Positions 42,694 to 45,930 of a stretch of 45,930 bases of DNA are shown here, piece by piece (the stretch's first letter is position 1; each line of letters begins with the position of its first letter). Below the pieces are notes generated by a model. The model was given only the letters and a program-made list of their open reading frames with translations. It ran no database searches and had not been told where the DNA came from. Source of the stretch: Acidobacteriota bacterium (GTDB taxonomy: Bacteria > Acidobacteriota > Vicinamibacteria > Vicinamibacterales > 2-12-FULL-66-21). Position numbers and translations under genes: made by a program. Location of the stretch: contig JBKPTT010000167.1 in the NCBI GenBank assembly GCA_046735635.1, positions 1 through 45,930 on the forward strand. Reading direction: 5' to 3'.

Positions 42694-43394
42694 GCCGTCT
42701 GCTCGCATTCCTCCTCGCGCTCGTCGTTGTCTCGCCGGCTGCCGCTGGAACCCAGCGGGTCACGATACGTACCGATGACGGCGCGTCGCTTGCGGCGACG
42801 TGGTACGAGCCTGGAACGCGCGTCGCTCCCGCTGTCATCCTGATCCACATGCTGCACCGCAACCGCCACGACTGGGATGCGGTGGCGACGCGGCTCGCCT
42901 CCGAAGGCATCGGCGCGCTGGCGATCGATCTACGGGGGCACGGCGAGTCCTCCGGTGGTGTTCCGGAGGGCGAGAACCCGGATTACTCCGAGCTGGTGCG
43001 CGACGTGGCGGCCGCGCGCCGGTATCTCGCGACCCGCAGCGACTTCCAGCCGACGCGCATCGGCATCGGCGGAGCCTCGATCGGGGCGAACCTCGCTGTG
43101 CTGGCTGCGGCGAGCGACCCGTCGATTGTCAGCCTTGCGCTGTTGTCGCCGTCGCTCGACTATCGCGGTCTCAGGATCGAAGCCGCACTCAAGAAGTACG
43201 GCAGCAAGCCGGCGCTCCTCGTCGCCAGCGACGACGATCCGTACGCGCTGCGCTCTGCGAAGGATCTTCAGAAAGCCGGCGGCGGCGCGCGTGAACTGCT
43301 CGTCTTGAACCAGGCCGGCCACGGCACCTTGATGCTCTCGCACGACTCCGACCTCGCCCGCGCGCTGGTGGACTGGTTCCACCGGACGCTATAA
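42690..43394 (+). CDS. Secreted alpha/beta hydrolase
   Basis: Signal-peptide-like N-terminus; DLRGHGES, GASIG nucleophile, SDDD, GHG. Confidence 0.85.
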   Translation: MSRLLAFLLALVVVSPAAAGTQRVTIRTDDGASLAATWYEPGTRVAPAVILIHMLHRNRHDWDAVATRLASEGIGALAIDLRGHGESSGGVPEGENPDYSELVRDVAAARRYLATRSDFQPTRIGIGGASIGANLAVLAAASDPSIVSLALLSPSLDYRGLRIEAALKKYGSKPALLVASDDDPYALRSAKDLQKAGGGARELLVLNQAGHGTLMLSHDSDLARALVDWFHRTL

Positions 43395-43398
43395 TCAA

Positions 43399-43515
43399 GG
43401 TTCCACAGGGTTCTGCGCGGTTCCAGAGGGTTCTATGCGGTTCTGTTCTCGACGTGCGTGGAATCGAACCCGAACCCTGTCGAACCCAGAACCCCGTAGA
43501 ACCTGGTAGAACCCT
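43399..43515. repeat. Inverted arrays of about 10-nt repeats (GGTTC-core / GAACC-core)
   Basis: Five GGTTC units facing six GAACC units in the intergenic gap. Confidence 0.7.
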
Positions 43516-43518
43516 TTC

Positions 43519-44130
43519 ATGCGTAAAGACGCGATTCTGTTCGGCATTGCCGGCGTGTTCTTTGGTGTGCTCGTCGGATGGATCATCGGCGCACAGCACG
43601 CCACGGGTGCCGCGACAGCCGCTGCCGCGCCCGCCGCGTCCCAGGGCGCGTCCGCCGCAGCTCAGCCGAACCCGCCCGCGTTCGACGAATCGCGGGCGGC
43701 GCAGCTGAAAGCAACCGCTGATCGCAATCCCTCCGATGCGGAGACGCGCGTGCAACTCGGAAACCTGTACTTCGACGCGGAGCGCTATGACGAGGCGGCG
43801 TTGACAGTCGACCCGAAAAACGTGAACGCCAGTACCGATCTGGGGATTGCCTACTATTATTCGAATCAGCCCGACCGGGCGCTCGCGCAGTTCGACAAAT
43901 CTCTGCAGCTCGATCCCAAGCACTCGAAGACGCTGCTCAACATTGGCATCGTCCGCGCGTTCGGCAAGCAGGATCTCGACGGAGCGGAAAAGGCGTGGGA
44001 GCGCGTCATCGAGCTGGCGCCCGATAGCCCCGAAGCCGCCGTGGCAAAAAAGGGGCTCGACGGTCTTCGCGCCGCGCACGGCCAGGGAGGAACCGCGCCC
44101 GCCGGTAAACCGCCCGGTCAATCGAATTAG
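43519..44130 (+). CDS. Membrane-anchored TPR protein
   Basis: N-terminal TM, Ala-rich linker, TPR repeats (LGNLYFD, DLGIAYYY, NIGIVRAF); first TPR is 6 aa short. Confidence 0.85.
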   Translation: MRKDAILFGIAGVFFGVLVGWIIGAQHATGAATAAAAPAASQGASAAAQPNPPAFDESRAAQLKATADRNPSDAETRVQLGNLYFDAERYDEAALTVDPKNVNASTDLGIAYYYSNQPDRALAQFDKSLQLDPKHSKTLLNIGIVRAFGKQDLDGAEKAWERVIELAPDSPEAAVAKKGLDGLRAAHGQGGTAPAGKPPGQSN

Positions 44131-44132
44131 CC

Positions 44133-44381
44133 ATGGCGCGCTTCATCCTGTGGTCGATCCTCCTCACGCTGCTGCTGCGATCGCTCTCGCGGCTGATGCA
44201 CGGGATCCTGGAAGGCGCCGGTTACACGCGAGGTTCCGCTCCTCAGAAGAGCGTCGGCCTCGTGCGCGATCCCGTCTGCGGCGTCTTTGTCGTGCCGGGT
44301 CGCGCGCTGACGTCCGGCGACGGATCGTCGCGGCGCTACTTCTGCTCCGAGAAGTGCCGCGCCGAGTGGAACAGACGGTAA
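44133..44381 (+). CDS. Small membrane protein with YHS/TRASH metal-binding domain
   Basis: RDPVCGVFV ... YFCSEKC. Confidence 0.82.
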   Translation: MARFILWSILLTLLLRSLSRLMHGILEGAGYTRGSAPQKSVGLVRDPVCGVFVVPGRALTSGDGSSRRYFCSEKCRAEWNRR

Positions 44382-45230
44382 ATGGCTCCCTCCGAGTCCC
44401 AGCTGCGCGGTGATGTCGTCGAAGTCGGGCGGCGGCTGTACGCGCGCGGCTACACCGCGTCGAACGACGGTAACATCAGCGTTCGTCTCGATAGCTCCCG
44501 CCTGCTCGTCACCCCCGCGAACGTGTGCAAGGGGTTCATGAACGAGGCGATGATGGTCGTCACGGATCTCGATGGGCAGAAGATCACGGGGGAGCGCAAT
44601 GCGTCCTCGGAGATCCAGATGCATCTCGAGGTATACCGTCAACGGCCGGAGGTGCAGGCCGTCGTCCATGCGCATCCGCCGATTGCGACGGCGTTTGCCG
44701 TAGCCGGGATTCCGTTGGATCGCGCGGTGCTCGCGGAGGTGGTGACGACGCTCGGGAGTGTGCCGATTGCGGAGTACGCGACGCCATCGACGAAGGAATT
44801 GCCCGACGCGGTCAGAAAGTACGTAAAGGCGCACGACGGGATGCTCCTCGCGAATCACGGCGCGCTGACGCTCGGGACGGATCTTTACTCGGCGTATTAC
44901 AAGATGGAGACGATTGAGCACTTCGCGCACATCAGCTTCATCGCGCGCCTCCTTGGCGGAGAGCGGCTGCTCTCGCGCGATGAAGTGCAGCGCCTCCAGG
45001 GACTGCGCGGCCGGTACGGTGTCGCTGCGCCTGCACCAATCTGCGCCGATCCGGTCGAGAGCTCGCAGGCGGAGTCGGCCGACTGTCAGGTGGTATTCGC
45101 TCCATCGTCGCCATCGGGAGAGCGACTCGTCCCCGAACGCGCGACGTCGATACGTGGCGACGAGGAAATTCGGCTAACATACCGCGAACTCACCGCTTTG
45201 ATAGAGGACGCGGTGCGGAATCTGAAGTAG
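44382..45230 (+). CDS. Class II aldolase/adducin family protein, microcompartment-associated
   Basis: GNISVR, SSEIQMH, HAHPP, LANHG; C-terminal amphipathic extension (YRELTALIEDAVRNL). Confidence 0.9.
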   Translation: MAPSESQLRGDVVEVGRRLYARGYTASNDGNISVRLDSSRLLVTPANVCKGFMNEAMMVVTDLDGQKITGERNASSEIQMHLEVYRQRPEVQAVVHAHPPIATAFAVAGIPLDRAVLAEVVTTLGSVPIAEYATPSTKELPDAVRKYVKAHDGMLLANHGALTLGTDLYSAYYKMETIEHFAHISFIARLLGGERLLSRDEVQRLQGLRGRYGVAAPAPICADPVESSQAESADCQVVFAPSSPSGERLVPERATSIRGDEEIRLTYRELTALIEDAVRNLK

Positions 45231-45261
45231 GCGCGGCCTACGAACGGCGAATCGCGAATCT

Positions 45262-45462
45262 GTAGGCGGGCCTTTAGGCCCGCCAAGGAAGCCTGTAGGG
45301 CGGGCCTTTAGGCCCGCCAAGGAAGCCTGTAGGGCGGGCCTTTAGACCCGCCAGGTTCAAGCCTGTAGGGCGGGCCTTTAGACCCGGCAGGTTCAAGCCT
45401 GTAGGGGCGGGCCTTTGGACCCGCCAGGTTCAAGCCTGTAGGGGCGGGTCTTTAGACCCGCC
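45262..45462. repeat. Tandem array of six GTAG-type REP-like palindromes
   Basis: GTAG(G)GCGGGCCTTTAG(G/A)CCCGCC units at 45262, 45295, 45329, 45365, 45401 and 45438, with near-identical linkers. Confidence 0.85.
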
Positions 45463-45476
45463 GAAGGAGACACAGA

Positions 45477-45773
45477 ATGGGTGAGGCGCTCGGCATGGTC
45501 GAGACCAAAGGCCTCGTCGCGATGATCGAGGCGGCCGACGCGATGGACAAGGCCGCGAAGGTCACGCACGTCGGCTGGGAAAAGATCGGCGCCGGCTACG
45601 TCACGGCCATCGTGCGCGGCGACGTCGCGGCGGTCAAGGCCGCGACCGACGCGGGCGCGGCCGCCGCGCGGCGTGTCGGCGAGCTGGTGTCCGTGCACGT
45701 AATCCCGCGGCCGCACGCGAATCTGGAAGACGCGCTGCCGATCGGCAAGGCCAACGCCGGCGCAAAGGCGTAG
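45477..45773 (+). CDS. BMC-H hexameric shell protein (EutM/PduA-like)
   Basis: [35 protein letters not shown]; AAGGAG RBS. Confidence 0.96.
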   Translation: MGEALGMVETKGLVAMIEAADAMDKAAKVTHVGWEKIGAGYVTAIVRGDVAAVKAATDAGAAAARRVGELVSVHVIPRPHANLEDALPIGKANAGAKA

Positions 45774-45789
45774 TCCTGATCGCTTCTTT

Positions 45790-45930
45790 ATGATCCTCGC
45801 CCGCATCGTCGGGACGGTGGTCGCTACCCGCAAGGATCCACGTCTGGTCAGCAACAAGCTGCTGGTTGCCCGCCCCATGGATCCCCACGGCAAAGCCGAA
45901 GGCTCTTATCTGGTTGCTGTCGACACGGTC
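45790..45930 (+). CDS. BMC-P vertex protein (EutN/CcmL family), truncated by window end
   Basis: MILARIVGTVVATRKDPRL..KLL..VAVDTV. Confidence 0.92.
   Translation, partial: MILARIVGTVVATRKDPRLVSNKLLVARPMDPHGKAEGSYLVAVDTV

Noticed and set aside
45262-45462. Possible CRISPR array
   Set aside because: Linkers are about 10 nt and nearly identical rather than unique spacers; no cas genes; fits REP palindromes

Overview
High-GC bacterial window; gene content and order suggest Acidobacteriota, possibly Vicinamibacterales (inference only). 34-10015 is a lasso-peptide RiPP cluster with unusually rich tailoring: RRE (B1), leader peptidase (B2), cyclase (C) and a 56-aa precursor that the ORF track buries inside a longer ORF (predicted core GTRTKQADTPAAGFRKVCL, Gly1-Asp8 ring). 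These are followed by a eukaryote-like protein-arginine-methyltransferase-fold enzyme with an RRE-like tail, an HPr-kinase-like kinase, three paralogous 2OG-Fe(II) oxygenases, a UPF0489/peptide-arginase-TPR fusion and two class I methyltransferases. Next come yebC-ruvCAB-fabH and an accessory patch with an intact MazF/PemK toxin-antitoxin pair sitting between head-to-tail collapsed remnants of a type III restriction-modification system. After that: a stand-alone LigD polymerase domain, a minus-strand glgX-glgE-treS/mak-treZ-treY operon, DUF4112, an AI-2E transporter, queA, a deoxyhypusine-synthase-like gene, tRNA(CAU), tilS-ftsH-folP-cdaA-cdaR-glmM-pdxJ, and the start of a bacterial microcompartment locus. 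Intergenic regions carry many short-period repeat arrays, a MITE-like element and a GTAG-type REP array. All family calls are by motif recognition; no searches were run.
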